Positions 47,391 through 60,600 are shown, counted from the first letter of the stretch. The stretch is 64,000 bases of DNA from Glycera tridactyla (GCA_965644265.1 OZ286468.1:66774001-66838000); one strand, 5' to 3'. Numbers and translations: made by a program. The notes: a model not told the origin generated them from the sequence alone.

Positions 47391-48998
47391 TTAGTGCACG
47401 TATGTCACTATATTTTGTGAAAGCGATACGTCTACTGTCAGGCGCTGTCGTAGCATAGACGGCCCCATCTTGAGTCCAGGTACTGTGTAGTTGGTTTTTT
47501 TGTTTTGCTGGAAGAAGACACTGCTGTTATACTCTGTGAGATGTTCACGTAGAAACCACTGTGTTCCACGCAAATGGCTTTTTGACTTAATTATCTCACG
47601 CCTAGTTCTAGGATTGGTGAACCTCACCAATACAGGCTTTGGTTTGCCATCTTTCTTATCAGGGCCAAATCTTGAGCACTGTAGTATGTCAGATGATCTA
47701 ATATTGATCTTAAGCTTTTCTGTGACAAAGTTTAGTATCAACTGTGGGAGTGGAACACCTTTAGAGTGAGCTAATCCTTCAATTATTAGTACACTTAGCC
47801 TGTCATTTTGTTCTAGTTGCTCTATCTTTGTATAAAAACTGAGCATGTGTTTGCCATGAATCCCAACTAATGCCTTGAGTTGGGATAACCTATCATTTAC
47901 TTTCTTTTCGACAATATCATCTATACGGTTCTCTAGATCAAAGATGCGATGTTCATGCCTACTAGCAATGGCAGCTGATTCATCCATATGGTTTTCAATG
48001 GTTTGGATTTTAGCTCGGAAGGGTTCAACACTCTTTTTCACCTCGACTGCCGTTGCTACCTGCACCATGTCTGGTACCTCATGTTGGAACGCACGTGCTA
48101 TCTCGTCTTTTATAATATTTTTCATTGAAGATTGGACTTGTTGTGCATTCATTTCAAGTTGTAATTTCATTTCATTTCGTAGCATTGACATTGTTTGTGA
48201 TATAGAACTGGTCATCTCTTTTAGGCTATTTTGGGTTGAAATACTGAGCCGGCTAGCAATATCATGCATTTCCGCAACAGGATCGTATTGCCTCAATCGA
48301 GTGGGATTCGATTTCACCTCAGTAGATTTGCAGTCAGTGAAGACGCACCACTGGTCAGAATCAAGTTGACCCTCGCGAGCATGGGGTAGTGAGTTGTTCA
48401 GTGAAGCTTGCGGGGTGTTGGCTATACCTGCCGGGTCCAGGCTCACATTCACTAAGTTCATATAAGGGTATGTATTGTGTGCCGCGCTTGTAACATAGCG
48501 TGGCGAGAATACTGAACGTACCCCCAAGTCTGTCACACCTTTGACGGCCTCCTGATCTGGTGAGGTATAGGGTTCGAGACCGGCCATCACACCCTCGTCT
48601 GAACTAAGACCAGATAGTCGCAATGGCGAGTACATATGTATGCTATTTTCTGCAATTTCAATACTGTTACTTGAAAGTGAAACATTGTTGTTAATGGGGT
48701 TATTAAGTGTAGTGAGAGACTTATCTTCGATTATCGGCATGTCCAGAATGTTCGGCGTGTTCTGTTTACCACGTTTCTGATCCTCCTCGTTTATCGGTTT
48801 TTTTCGTTCAACCCTCTTGTCGTTCCGATCGTTTGGGGTGGTAGCCATCTTGGATTTGACTTCATCTTCCGGTTTCGCGAGAAATAAATCCGCTGGTGTG
48901 ACTAAAGCAGCTTGGCCTTCCTTGAATACTCGTCTCGTAGGGGTGCTGGTAAGTTTCGCACAATCGTTCGTTCCTGTATCCTGACTTTGCGTTGCCAT
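47391..48998 (-). CDS. LINE ORF1 protein (coiled coil plus Tnp22/L1-ORF1-type RRM), 535 open codons, frameshifted near the C-terminus
   Basis: LEQNDRLSVLIIEGL..SRFGPDKKDGKPKPVLVRF..LREHLT. The native continuation LHSTWTQDGAVY.. is in another frame after ~47500. Confidence 0.8.
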   Translation of the reverse strand: MATQSQDTGTNDCAKLTSTPTRRVFKEGQAALVTPADLFLAKPEDEVKSKMATTPNDRNDKRVERKKPINEEDQKRGKQNTPNILDMPIIEDKSLTTLNNPINNNVSLSSNSIEIAENSIHMYSPLRLSGLSSDEGVMAGLEPYTSPDQEAVKGVTDLGVRSVFSPRYVTSAAHNTYPYMNLVNVSLDPAGIANTPQASLNNSLPHAREGQLDSDQWCVFTDCKSTEVKSNPTRLRQYDPVAEMHDIASRLSISTQNSLKEMTSSISQTMSMLRNEMKLQLEMNAQQVQSSMKNIIKDEIARAFQHEVPDMVQVATAVEVKKSVEPFRAKIQTIENHMDESAAIASRHEHRIFDLENRIDDIVEKKVNDRLSQLKALVGIHGKHMLSFYTKIEQLEQNDRLSVLIIEGLAHSKGVPLPQLILNFVTEKLKINIRSSDILQCSRFGPDKKDGKPKPVLVRFTNPRTRREIIKSKSHLRGTQWFLREHLTEYNSSVFFQQNKKTNYTVPGLKMGPSMLRQRLTVDVSLSQNIVTYVH

Positions 48999-51900
48999 TT
49001 TCGGGCGTTTATCGATGGTTCTGTCTCCCGGCGAACTGCAGCACGTCTACTCACTCATACTATCATGTTACATCTCCTTGGGTGTCACTTCACTCGCACT
49101 CACTAAAGATAAGCTGACCATCCCGTATATTTTCCCAGAGCTGGTCTCGAAATATTCAAAGTTGGCCAGTAATTGTGACCTAGTTTCGGGTGGGATGGAG
49201 TTGGCTGGCTGTAACACGATGATTGGGCTACTCCACCTTGGTAACCGATCACGTCTTCTACATATTGCCAATGATAGCTTTGTTTTGGTGAATGTCGGTT
49301 CAGCACGTAATCCCAGCCTCTTTCATCTATCTCACATTTCATTGCCACCAATTTACTTCTCTTTTACGACTGACACTATTCGCTACATGGATTGATTTAT
49401 TTCCTCCGAGAAGGAAGGCAATCCTCCATGCGAAATATGCAGGTATCGTGTTTGTCGCCAGCAGATTATAATTCGGCGGTGAATTAGGGTGAAACAGCCA
49501 TCTCTGTCTGGAACCAAATGGCCTACAATAATTGTACCAATTCGAAAACCATTAGCATGAGAATGGTGTCTATGAAGTGGTTGAGATAGCTAGGTGGTAA
49601 TATTTCTCTTAACCGAGCTCACTGAAGCCTTGTGTTTCGTTTGGATTGGTTGAGAGATATTCTGAGAGTATTGTACAATTCCACATTGGGCCGCAATAAT
49701 GAAATTTAACTTTTTTATCAAACAACTGTCAGTTATGCAAATTGAGATGGCCCCTTCGATTGAAGCACGTTTTCAATATCAGTGAGATCGTGAGTCTTCG
49801 TCTTTCATGGGCTTAGCTGATAACAAACAGTCTATTTCACCATCAGCATCATTTATTCAATGAAACTTACGGGGAATGAATGTGCTAGAGGTGTTTTCTG
49901 GGGAAGGGTGTATATGAGGCTGTTCTGTCTCTCTGTCTCTCTGTCTGACTTTCTATCTGTCTGTATGTCTGTCTGCTCATCAATTCACCCATACGTTCCT
50001 CTGTTCATTGATCCATCCATTCATCCATACAGCCGGCCATCACTGATTGCTAGCGTAGTCAAGGCGAGAACTGGTGTTTATTCAAACTAGCAGCAGAGGT
50101 TGATGGCTGACTGACAGGAGAGCGTGGTGTTAATGAGGAGGGTGGAAGGCTTTAGTCAGATCTTTGATGGCAGAGAGCGATGATTGATGAGGATATATGG
50201 CAGCTGCGTGGTCAGACAAACATGTCGTCACCATCGGGCAGAACCACGTGGCCTTGGAATGAGTGATTGTGACATTGGGATGTGGTGATGGTGCTGGTGG
50301 TGATCCATTCCATCTTCCACATATCATTATGCTAGTCATATATTACATGTGAAAAATAAATTATGGTTAATGGGACAAATATGATATCACAAAGGAGAAT
50401 GAGGCTAGAATCATGGCTGTATTTCACCATAGACCCTTCTCACAATAACGCGATTCTCCCATTTTATTTGTTGCATAACGACTGCAGCTGTTATGTGGTC
50501 AAGAATACGAACGCTGGGTTGCGGAGATAGAGGATATTCCTAGCAGCAAAACATCATGAGGAATAGGAATGTCATACCGGACTGAGCCTGTATAGCGTGT
50601 CTCAGCTCATTATATGTTGTATGATTCCATCAAAACACATCTGTAATACTGTTTACGAACAGCGCATCGCATCATATGCCCTCTCCCTATGTGTGTTTAT
50701 CAGCTAGAAAAGGGAAACTGCCGCATTGACTCGATGCCGAGAAGCCTATTCAATATTGGTAAACACATTTTATATATCATCTCATCTTGTAGACACACTC
50801 ACGCACACGCACACCCACACCCAAACCCACGTACATACGCACACACAACAGTCACCCCCCCCCCCCCCCACACACACACACACAAACACACTTATAATCA
50901 CACGTGCATGTTTTTATTCGAATGACGAGAATATATCTAATCTCACATATAGATATGAGAAATTGGATTTACTGATGACATATCATGTCTGCTGTGCACT
51001 TGGCTTCACTAACATAGCAAAGTCGTGTCAAAAATGTCCAATCACACCGCTTGGTGTCTGGCGGAGACAAAAATGTGCTCCTCGAGCTGTAAATCATGGA
51101 GAGAATAGTTGCGATTGGTGGGAAAATGTCAAGGAAGGATGTGACATAGAGAATGAATGCAGGCTCCAATCAATGAAGGGTGAGTGGTGCTGGTGGTGCT
51201 TAGCGGTGCTTAATGTTACACTATAGGTAGATGTGACAGAGAATGAATGCAGGCTCTAATCAGGTCGGACTGCTACTGACTACCTCTCACGCAATATATG
51301 TTACTGCGAAAGGTAGGAATGACCACAACGACACAGATGTTCACCTGAAGGTACATTGGAAAAAGTTACATCGGTTTATGAGATGTAGTTATAGGTGTGA
51401 CTGGACTGTTATATATACTGCCACTCGACCCCCCCCCCCCTCTCTCTCCCGCTCTTTCACTGTCAAATTTAGCGTTGGAAATTATTCTGAAATATTAGGG
51501 CCAATGTCTGTAGTTTCCTCCTCTTGAAATTGGAACGGTGATAATTTCATCGCACAAATGTATCGCATGATTGTCGTATGCTTTTGTGTGTGAGTATCAC
51601 TGGCAGATTTTGTACCCATGCATTTTCCATTCGTTAAGCGTCTCTGTGCATACCATCATCATATTAAAGACGAGTTTGGCGTTAAAAAAAAGAAATGGTA
51701 CAAAATGTAGATATATGCATCGGTAATGAGAAGAATTGCTGATTGATGATGTTGGGGAGGGAGGAATGTAGACGCAAGTAGGGTTTCTACACTAAGATGG
51801 AATGAAAAAGAAGAATGAAGAGTGAGTGATAGACATCAGACTAGAATACATCATGTAAAGATGCGGCTAACCACTGGGGGATTCTGTCACATGATTAAAT

Positions 51901-52699
51901 AGAGGATGAGCTCGGTCATATCGGCTGTCCGAGATTATTAGCTACATCTCATGACTGTGAAGATGCAGTCGAATTAGTCTACCATGCTAATTTCCCGCGT
52001 GTTGACTGCCGGCCTCGGTAGGCATCTTGGTAATGTACATTCAACGGAGTGACTGATTGATTGATTGATTGATCGGAACGTAATGACAAATGTTGTGTCA
52101 GAGAATTTTGTACGCTGTTCGTTCCTGATCTATGGTCACTGCTTTCTTTGTCATTTGCAGGCATCACCCTGACAAACCTTGAACGCAGGTAAATGAGAAA
52201 GAAGATGTTGATAATTATAGTTCAGAATGCGTGCTATGATGGGTCACTCATGGAGAATATTATCTTATTTATTCTTGAATGATTCACGGTCTTGAATTTC
52301 AAGATGGTTTTGGTCATATCTTGGGAACCAATCATGATATCAATGCATTTTCAGTGTCTAATACCACATTTCTGGGGGCAAGGAATCCAGATATCCACTC
52401 AAAATAATCGATAAGCTATTGCAACACATACTTATTGTGTTTTCAACCATTCTGGAAGGCAAAATGTTCAAAATATCCATCTGACGCAACCCTGCGCATC
52501 TTTATGCAAAGGTCATATCAGAGAGCCTCCATACTGCATTCTCATAGACAGGCTGAAATTCCATTTGTGTCATCATCTGCATTTGAATATTGGGAAGGGC
52601 AGTGGGTAGGTAGGTACAGGATATGACTGAATGAGAGGATTGAGGGTTCAACCATGCTCATACAGAATCCAGGATGCACATGAAAATCGACTGGTTGTG

Positions 52700-52859
52700 A
52701 TTCAAGAATCAGACATAGAGAATCAGTTAGATGAATTTGGAGTCACATGGAATTACCTGTGTACAAGTGGGCACATATGAATCAAGTAATGACACTCCAA
52801 ATCTTCACTCATTCCACCGAGCATCATGATTTATTCCTCCATTTGGCATAACTGGACAA

Positions 52860-52940
<81 letters not shown>

Positions 52941-54900
52941 ACTTGTTTAGTTACAATAGACTAGACTATGCAGAAAACATAATCAAATTCATAACACATG
53001 ATCGTGATTCAAAAGTCACTTATGTCAGAACCTGGTATCAGCTAAAGGCAGATAACTTTGCACTGACCAGTAATCAAGTTCCATTTACTACCACTGAGGT
53101 TGATCAGGGTAAGAAATTTCTTCATAAAGTCCTCAAAGGAGATGCTGGTTCGGAGGGGATCACAAGTAAGCAATCTTCAAATACTTTTCAAAAACATTCT
53201 CCAAGCTACAAACTCATTATTTGCTAGCCTGCCCATGCTCATGATTGCCAAATCAGATCAATAGATTAACCTCTGTGCTAGGACACTCACCATCTTCACA
53301 TTTCATCAGCTCAAACCTCACAATATGACAGAAGTGTGACACAGCCTACAGCCATATTGGAATACTGTAATCCACCACTGTCACATCACCAAATTTATAC
53401 AAACTTAAGAACAAAGTGATGATGTCTTTCATTCATTCAGGAGGATGATTCTAACATGGTAAGCAAGCCTTGCAGTGTTTTGTTGAAGAATATGTGGGTG
53501 GAGCTTGCAAAACCATCATTCTAGAAAGCAATGATACGCATAATATTCTCCAAGCTATAAACTCATTATTTGCTAGCATGCTCATCATGCTCATGATTGC
53601 CAAATCAAATCAATAGATTTACCTCGAGGATATGATTTCAAATTTATCAATTCCACACCGATGTATCCTGATAGGCATCTTTTCCCAAGCATGTGTAAAA
53701 TAGAACTCATACACATCCTTTCTGATGTCAACTGACAAATTGAAGATGTCGAATCATATGAACACACTAATGTGGCAATTGATGGGATATCTGTCATTTT
53801 TGAGCACGTGTGAGTTGCAAAGTACAGAACATGTGGGAAACTGAGTAATTCATTCTGTAGATGTGTTGCTGCTAGGTGAAGAAAATATGATTTGGGTGAT
53901 ATTTGACAACTATTTCCATACGAACCCCATCAAGGACACCATACTATATCACCAGCTTGGGATCAACATGACAAATGGATAGCATATTACAATTGCTATA
54001 CCGATCACTGATGGGAAAATATTCCTGACTAATAGCGAAACAAAGGATTCCCTCACTATCTATTTAGCAAATAATCTTCATTTGCAGACAGCAAACATGA
54101 TGGTGAAACAGGCTGATGTAGAATACAACTCTGAACAATTTCATGTCACAGCTGGACATGGGATATGCTTATGCATGCAAAAGAGATATGTGGACATCAT
54201 GATGCAAGACACTGATGTTTTGGTGTTGGTTCCCTGATACAGTATTAGTCATTGGAACTGGTGAATATTCATCTGAAACCTAGTGCTCTAAAAGCTGCAA
54301 CTCTCCAATGATTTTCATGCATTTTATGCATTAGGTGATTGGGAAACATGTGGGTACATGCAGGCTAGAGGTTTTGAGACTGCATTTAAAGTCTTTCAAC
54401 AAATGGGCTCTGCTGTGATATGTGTTCTGAAAGTCTTGGAATTGGTCAAGTCCTGGCAATACTACTATATCCAGGTATGAACAATTTCAGTGTCATTTTA
54501 TTAAGACCAGGAATATTGCATCAAAATCTGCCAGTGAACTCGGGTGGAAACAGTTTAAGAATATATCTATTAGCTCTGGCATTGAAACTACCACAAACTG
54601 CTGTAGAGTAGCTCCAGCATATCCCAAGAGCTGACATCTACAGGCCCTAATATCGGCAAGATCCATTAAAAGGCCCAGTTATTCCTGATTCCTTCGAGCT
54701 TGGGTGTTTCGAGTTGCTTGGGGTACAATATTGCCAATCTATCACATACAAGCAGCACCTGAATTGTTTGTAGTCTTTGTAGTTACATTTGAATGTGGGG
54801 TCTGCAAATGTTCTCAATGGTGCCTTTGTAAACAAAACATCTTGTGTGCACAAAATGAGGACTCAACTCTCTGATTGATACTTGCACTGCAGTTGTAGTT
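52700..54900 (+). mobile_element. Degenerate Academ-like DNA transposon coding region (transposase C-terminus, XPG-like nuclease, Cys-rich finger)
   Basis: HLFSYNRLDYAENI, HKVLKGDAGSEGIT, VIFDNYF..PIKD, IFLTNSETKDSLTIYLA, MLMHA, QDTDVLVL, FHAF, RWKQFK, KLPQT..QHIPRA, PVIPDSFELG and a Cys-rich end, all collinear with many stops and frameshifts. Confidence 0.7.
52862..52939. repeat. (TG)39 microsatellite inside the Academ-like coding remnant
   Basis: Direct read of the sequence. Confidence 0.95.
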
Positions 54901-55375
54901 ATGTGAATCTCTGTTCTCTTGTGGTGATGATGCGTGTTCTGCTATTCTCCTGACTTTCATTAATTACCCTCATTGTGTTCATTGTCAAGATGCCTCTAAC
55001 AAATTTCCTCAAAAAACCTTAAGATCAATTACCTGAATCTGATGAAATATGATCATGATTGTACTTGGATTGGAGGACTGGTACTGCTATATTGAATATT
55101 TTCAAGAGCATCACTGATGTAGTTGTCACAAACAAACGCCAATCCATCGGAATTGCGAAACAAAAACGGAAACCCACTGATTATCTCTAGCATCTCGTAC
55201 TCCCACGTGAATGTGTGATTCCAATAGAAGCACACAATAGCCCCACGTACTCATGGTTACTAGCGGCTAATTTTGAGAGGGGTGGCCTTGATAGCTGGAG
55301 GAAGTAGTGAGTGCAGATATGGATGGAATGAGGCGGATAATATGAAATGAGGGGATATGAGATTAACTAATGGAT

Positions 55376-55590
55376 GATTGATACCATGATATTGATACGT
55401 CATATACTACAAAATTCGAGCTACACTTATCACTGGGTTGTATACATTTGGGAGTTTGCGTTTGTGTCTTGAAATTTCCATTATCATAATTACTGAAATT
55501 GATGGATTGATAACCTGATATTGAAACATTATATATTAAAAATTTCGAGATACACTTATTACTGGGTTTTATACAGCTGAAACTTTGCGT
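55376..55590. repeat. Old tandem duplication, ~85-bp blocks with ~129-bp period
   Basis: GATTGATA..TGATATTGA.AC..ATAT..AAA.TTCGAG.TACACTTAT.ACTGGGTT occurs at 55376 and 55505. Confidence 0.7.
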
Positions 55591-57489
55591 ACATGGTATA
55601 TATAGGAATACTCAATAACACACATTTGTTGATTATGTAGCTTCAGTGATGGGCATTATATCTATGCAGGTATTCAATTAATCTGTCAGCAATAGCGTTA
55701 GTGGTACATTTGATAGATTCCATCAATCAAATTTGTGAGTGAATGGGTGGCTTTCCGAGTGGCTGAATGGCTGACTGTTCACAAATTGTTCGACTTATTT
55801 ACTGATTGATAAACTTATCGGTTGATTGGTCGATTGGTTGAACCCATTAACTGACTGACGGACTGGTCGATGAAGGGATCAAGCGATTGTTGGGCCGGTT
55901 GGTTGCTTGAGGCCGATCGATTGAATGACTGTCAAATTGTGATACTTTGTCCAATGGATTGACTAACTAATAATGATATTCCTCCAGCCTACGAGGCCGA
56001 ACATGTAAATAATTTAGAAAGCCCGAGTACCGAAACCGCGTTCTCAGCAAAATAGCGGTATTTCAAGTCTGCAAATCTTCTGATTCTATTGTTCCGTTTG
56101 TTTCATCGAATCACCCCCGCAAAACCATTTGAGTCTCCGGTCAGGGCAAAGAGGTGATTTCCAACTGTGATAGCATGAAATATGAATGACAGCCAGCAGT
56201 TGAGTTCATCTTAGTGAATATGTCCGTGCATCTGGGTCCTCTTTTGTCTTCAGCATACACTATCAGGTTTTGTACGGCTGTCACTGAGCCCTACCTATAT
56301 CCACTCTCCATCTCAATGCAGGTAGACATAAGCGGGTCCCATACATGTTTGAAGTGACCGGTTGCATGCAAACCGGGAATCATCAAAACTTTTAGGTGGG
56401 CTAGGTGACACAAAAGTACGGCTGGAGAAATGAAGGTCGACCAGTCAGAGAAAAATCTTCCCACGGATCAAGTGTGTGACTATTCGTTCAAGAGTTGTTC
56501 CCCATAACTCAATTTCGTCAGTGGTTGGCGACTGGGCAACTAACGACCGGCTGAATCATCACACTTATGTTATTGGAAGAATGATCCTACATGTTTAACA
56601 TTTCTGTCCAGTCTTCAGCGCTCTGATGAATATTATGAATACTTTATTCCTCTTTATTGCTTGCCATAACTAGATCTCACCATTCACATCATCCACCCAT
56701 TGAATTGTACTTTTGTCTGAATCACAAAGCAGACAGAATTAAATTGGGCGAGAACTTATTGAAGGTGTGGCTGGTTTGTTGGTGCAAGTCCCATGAGCAA
56801 CATCTTGCTTATATGGCCTCGCACATGCCATAGGTATGGGCTGGGTCCCCAACGTAAGGAAATGTCCAGTATATGCAGGTATTACTGGCGACTGCCTCTC
56901 TTGTAGACTATTGTAGAAAACAATTAGGAAGTGCCAATGTTTATATCGATGGAGCATGCTCTCGTATTAAGGGTCAGGGAAGGGGATTGGTAGATTGAGA
57001 CTCTATCACGATCGCATCATAGACTGACCGTAGACGCAAATAAAACTAGACAGTTCTGAAAATAGGTCAAAAAGTGAAGACAAAAATAATGACAATCTGA
57101 GAAGCATTCTTGCTTTGCCATTCTTCACAATATCTCATGAATCCGTATTCAATTGATTGAGTAGTTTCTCTGCTGCAACACATTATGAGGACTAGGGACT
57201 TTGACTCACGTGTCACCTCCTCCTATCACAGACATAGCTTGACCACTCCCAAGTGCTCCTCTTCTATGTCCATTCTTTGAACTTGACAATATATCGTTCA
57301 TGTGACGTTAAACAAACCATCCACCGACTAGAACGATCGGTGTTTCCGCATACCGAATGAATTCTCTCCTGGAATTTCAATTCTGCTGCGTTCATGATTA
57401 AATCCGACTGTTAGCAACGTATTCACCAATTATTTTTCGAACACTTTTGGAAGACTAGCCAGAGAATGGATGCGAATGAAGTAGTTGAC

Positions 57490-57875
57490 GTGTTCACGCT
57501 GCAAATCGTGGTGTTGGTAGTGAAGACGTTGTTGGATGTGGTGGTGATGGTGGTGTTGGCGGGCGGTAGTTATCATGGTGGTGATGGTAGTTGTGATATC
57601 GGTGATGGTGATGATGGCGCTGTTAGTTGTTGTTGTCGGATGGCGGTGGTGGTGGTGACCGTGTGTGTGGGTTTGGTGGTGGTGATGGTGGTGTTGACGG
57701 CGGTAGTTGTGATGGTGGTGATGGTAGCTGTAATAATTGTGGTATCGGAATGGCGCTGGACATTGTGGTCGGGGTGGTGGTGATGGTGCTACCGAGGGTG
57801 CTGGTGGTGATGGTGGTGGCATCAAAGATCAAGATGGTGGTGATGATGGTACATGGTCACAATGCAGGTGACTGA
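57490..57875. repeat. (GGT/GAT)-rich low-complexity tract
   Basis: Degenerate trinucleotide repeats that generate spurious His/Pro/Thr or Val/Gly ORFs. Confidence 0.85.
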
Positions 57876-58846
57876 TGATATGAGAAAAGAAGCGGTTTTA
57901 TCAGCAGTTACAATGATGATCACCTGTTGAGAGGATAGTCGAATACCACTCTCAACAGGGATTGTCTGCTGGCTATCTCATTAGTTGTAATGATATCAAG
58001 TAGGTGTTGAGAAAAACGTGGCGAGAAGGCACCCTGGCTTACTGGCCCGGAGGGCAAGATACTCTAATTAGATTGAGGCTGATGGGGTGATGTGTATAAT
58101 GAAAACATTTCAATGCATTGCCTGCCACATTAAGACATCTATCACCACCAGTGTGGACACCAGTGATCTATTTCCAGCCGTTGACTATAAGCAATTCCCG
58201 CTGAGGATTTTAGACTGTAATAGGCGGCAATAGATGACCTTCAATGGGCTTCATAATCTGACTTTTCTCACAATACAAAAGGACTCAGTGTCTCTCGTGA
58301 TACCTCACTGTCAAGCTCATAATTTTCTAAGGACAATTGTATTCTTTGTTCGGAATAGTACGGCTTTAGAGCTATTTCTTCAGCTTCAACATGCTTGACC
58401 AAGTTTTCAGATAATATTCATATGATTACTGAAAATGGTACTGGTACTGAAGATGGTACTGGGCTCGACAATACTCGTACATGTTTTGACAGTCAGAATG
58501 TGATCTATCCATCTGCAAGAATTCAAGTACAATTCAGAGCAGTTCCGGGTATATCAAATCATTTTCCCTTACTGTGGAATACGATTATCACTTTTGATCT
58601 AAAAACCCTATTGGCACTCATGATATTGTACGATGGCTTCTGTAAATCATATCATTTCGTATATTATCATGCCAGCAAGAGACTCTTTCACCGTAACCCA
58701 TTTCATCTCATTATCATCCCATAATTCATAGCGCTGTTTGAATTTTCTGTTTTGATACTTCGTCGGCTTGAAAATGTTTCCGGATTGAGAGTAAAGGCAC
58801 TTACGCATTTATGTATAACAACATGACGAATCTAAATAAAGAATCC

Positions 58847-58885
<39 letters not shown>
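58847..58885. repeat. (ACA)13 microsatellite
   Basis: Direct read of the sequence. Confidence 0.95.
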
Positions 58886-59139
58886 TTAACAACGACGTGA
58901 TGTGATGGATTTGAATGAAATGATATATTGAAGACCTGCATCGGCTGATGGATGACACGTATTCACTGATGGATCTGGTGAAAAGCAACATGAGATGCCA
59001 ACATTATACAGTCGAGGTGTGACATCCTGACAATGCCAGAAATAGATGGCACCAGGCCGGCTCAATCATCTGGTTCGCTGGCCGTGTAACCTGATCATAG
59101 CGACTCTTGACACCGATACCTCGTCAACAAGGTCAGACA

Positions 59140-59400
59140 GTGTCAGACATTCTTCCATCTTTACTGTCTGTATCGCTGTTGTTGCCGCTATTATGTTGGC
59201 TATCAGCGATTTTTCGTAAATCATCATTCATTCCATGGAGACGAGGGTGAAGTTTGGCTTTGGTTATGGCGACATAACTTTGTATCCAATCATCGTGTCC
59301 GCCTCGAGGTGAAGACCATTTGTTTGATCCAGTTTTTCTGTGGTATCGTCTAGCACAGCATATCGTTTGCAAAGTCAGATCATAAGAAGAAGATAAAAGC
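59140..59400 (+). pseudogene. Possible inward-rectifier K+ channel (Kir) pore fragment
   Basis: RHSSIFTVCIAVVAAIMLAI (TM1-like), HSMETRVKFGFGYGDI (GYG at 59262-59270), then after a frameshift ICLIQFFCGIV*HSISFAK..HKKK (TM2 and FAK..PKK-like). Confidence 0.35.
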
Positions 59401-59619
59401 ATGTGGCCTGCGGCTCAGATATGGAGTTTACCATTCTACCGAACTAGTTACATATGATACACACATCAGAAACTGGTGTTTTGTGAGATTCGAGCCGTAT
59501 TCACAGCTCACAGACATCCGCCGCTGTTTTGTCTTCTCTTGGGTGATTGAAACGACACTTAAGAAACCTTACTTGTTGTGACCGAATTTTACAGTTGTTA
59601 CTAGGAATTCAATACTTGG

Positions 59620-59965
59620 CAGGAGAAAACGAGAGAGATAGAACGAATGAGAGAAAGGAAAAGAAAGTGAGAGAGAATGAATGAAAGATAGACAGAACGA
59701 GGAGAAGTAAGAGTGAATGAGTTGGTGGGAGTGTGAGAGAGACAGTGTTGAAGAGAACAAAAGGAAAGTGAAAAAACATCGAGAGAGCGGGAGAGAGAGG
59801 GAGAGGGGGAGAGAGGGTGAGAGATAGAGAGGAACAAATAGAAATAGATGATGAGGACAAAAGGCTGAATAAATGGGGCTGAGAGTTAAAGAGAGAAAGA
59901 AGCGAAAACAAATTGAGAGGACATACAGACAGTCAGAGAAACGGACAGAGACGGACAGACAGACC
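59620..59965. repeat. AG-rich low-complexity tract
   Basis: Degenerate (GA)n/(GACA)n. Confidence 0.8.
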
Positions 59966-59989
59966 TTTTCAAGAGCGGAGCAAAGCCAC

Positions 59990-60400
59990 AGGTGATGGGA
60001 ATCACAGCATAAATGATGCCCTTGGCTAAAATAGGCTGGTGAATCCAGACCAACCAGGCTAACACCACCCATGAAGTATTGTCAAATGTATGACTTCTAT
60101 TAAATCTCGGTGCATCACTCTGATGTGTGATGCGATGTCGTAAATTTGAAAATCTATCAGAAAGAATCACGCAGCGCAGGACATGGTGCCCAAAATGATA
60201 GCGTAACTGACTAACAGGACAGGCGCATTGGTATTGCATAAAGTTTGAGAGAATCGATGTTCTTTGCGAAAAAAAAGTTAATCTTCTGATCGTCCTCTCT
60301 CATCTAACTACTTCCATCTTGTTCAGCGGCATATTTCAGGAGATATACTTTTGAAGGGTCGGGGATTAACGCCAGTTTGCCGAATGTACTAATGACATCT
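59990..60400 (-). pseudogene. Possible decayed class A GPCR fragment (TM1, TM3, TM4; internal deletion)
   Basis: VISTFGKLALI, FSQTLCNTNAPVLLVSYAIILGTMSC, then after a frameshift ILSDRF..RHRITHQ..WVVLAWLVWIHQPI (DRY-like DRF). Confidence 0.35.
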
Positions 60401-60600
60401 TACATTGTGTTCATCTCTCTGCTAGTCTCTTGCAAATGTTGTAGAGTGCGGCTCCTGCTTCAAGTTGTGAATCTATAGTTTATGGTCCAGTATTCTAGAC
60501 AGCCCCCCCCCCCCAGAAGACCAGTGTAACTTATAATGAGGTAACCATGTGATACATATAGGAAGTAAAGACCCACGCCTGGGATGAGTGGAGAAGTAGC

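Larger units (their letters stand above)
42236..49470 (-). mobile_element. Near full-length L2-group (L2/Crack/Daphne-like) LINE
   Basis: ORF1 (47391-48998), APE endonuclease (44686-45501), RT fragments (43081-44584) with YADDT, a ~700 bp 3' UTR, a poly(A) signal at 42256-42261 and a (TTGAA)3 tail at 42236-42250. The 5' boundary is approximate. Confidence 0.9.

Noticed and set aside
47491-48369. Plus-strand ORFs of 92 and 164 aa
   Set aside because: Antisense shadows of the LINE ORF1.
57430-57875. His/Pro-rich or Val/Gly-rich proteins
   Set aside because: Degenerate GGT/GAT low-complexity DNA with no start context or domain.
59569-60072. Hydrophobic Leu/Ser/Phe-rich membrane-protein-like ORFs
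   Set aside because: Produced by the AG-rich tract read on the minus strand.
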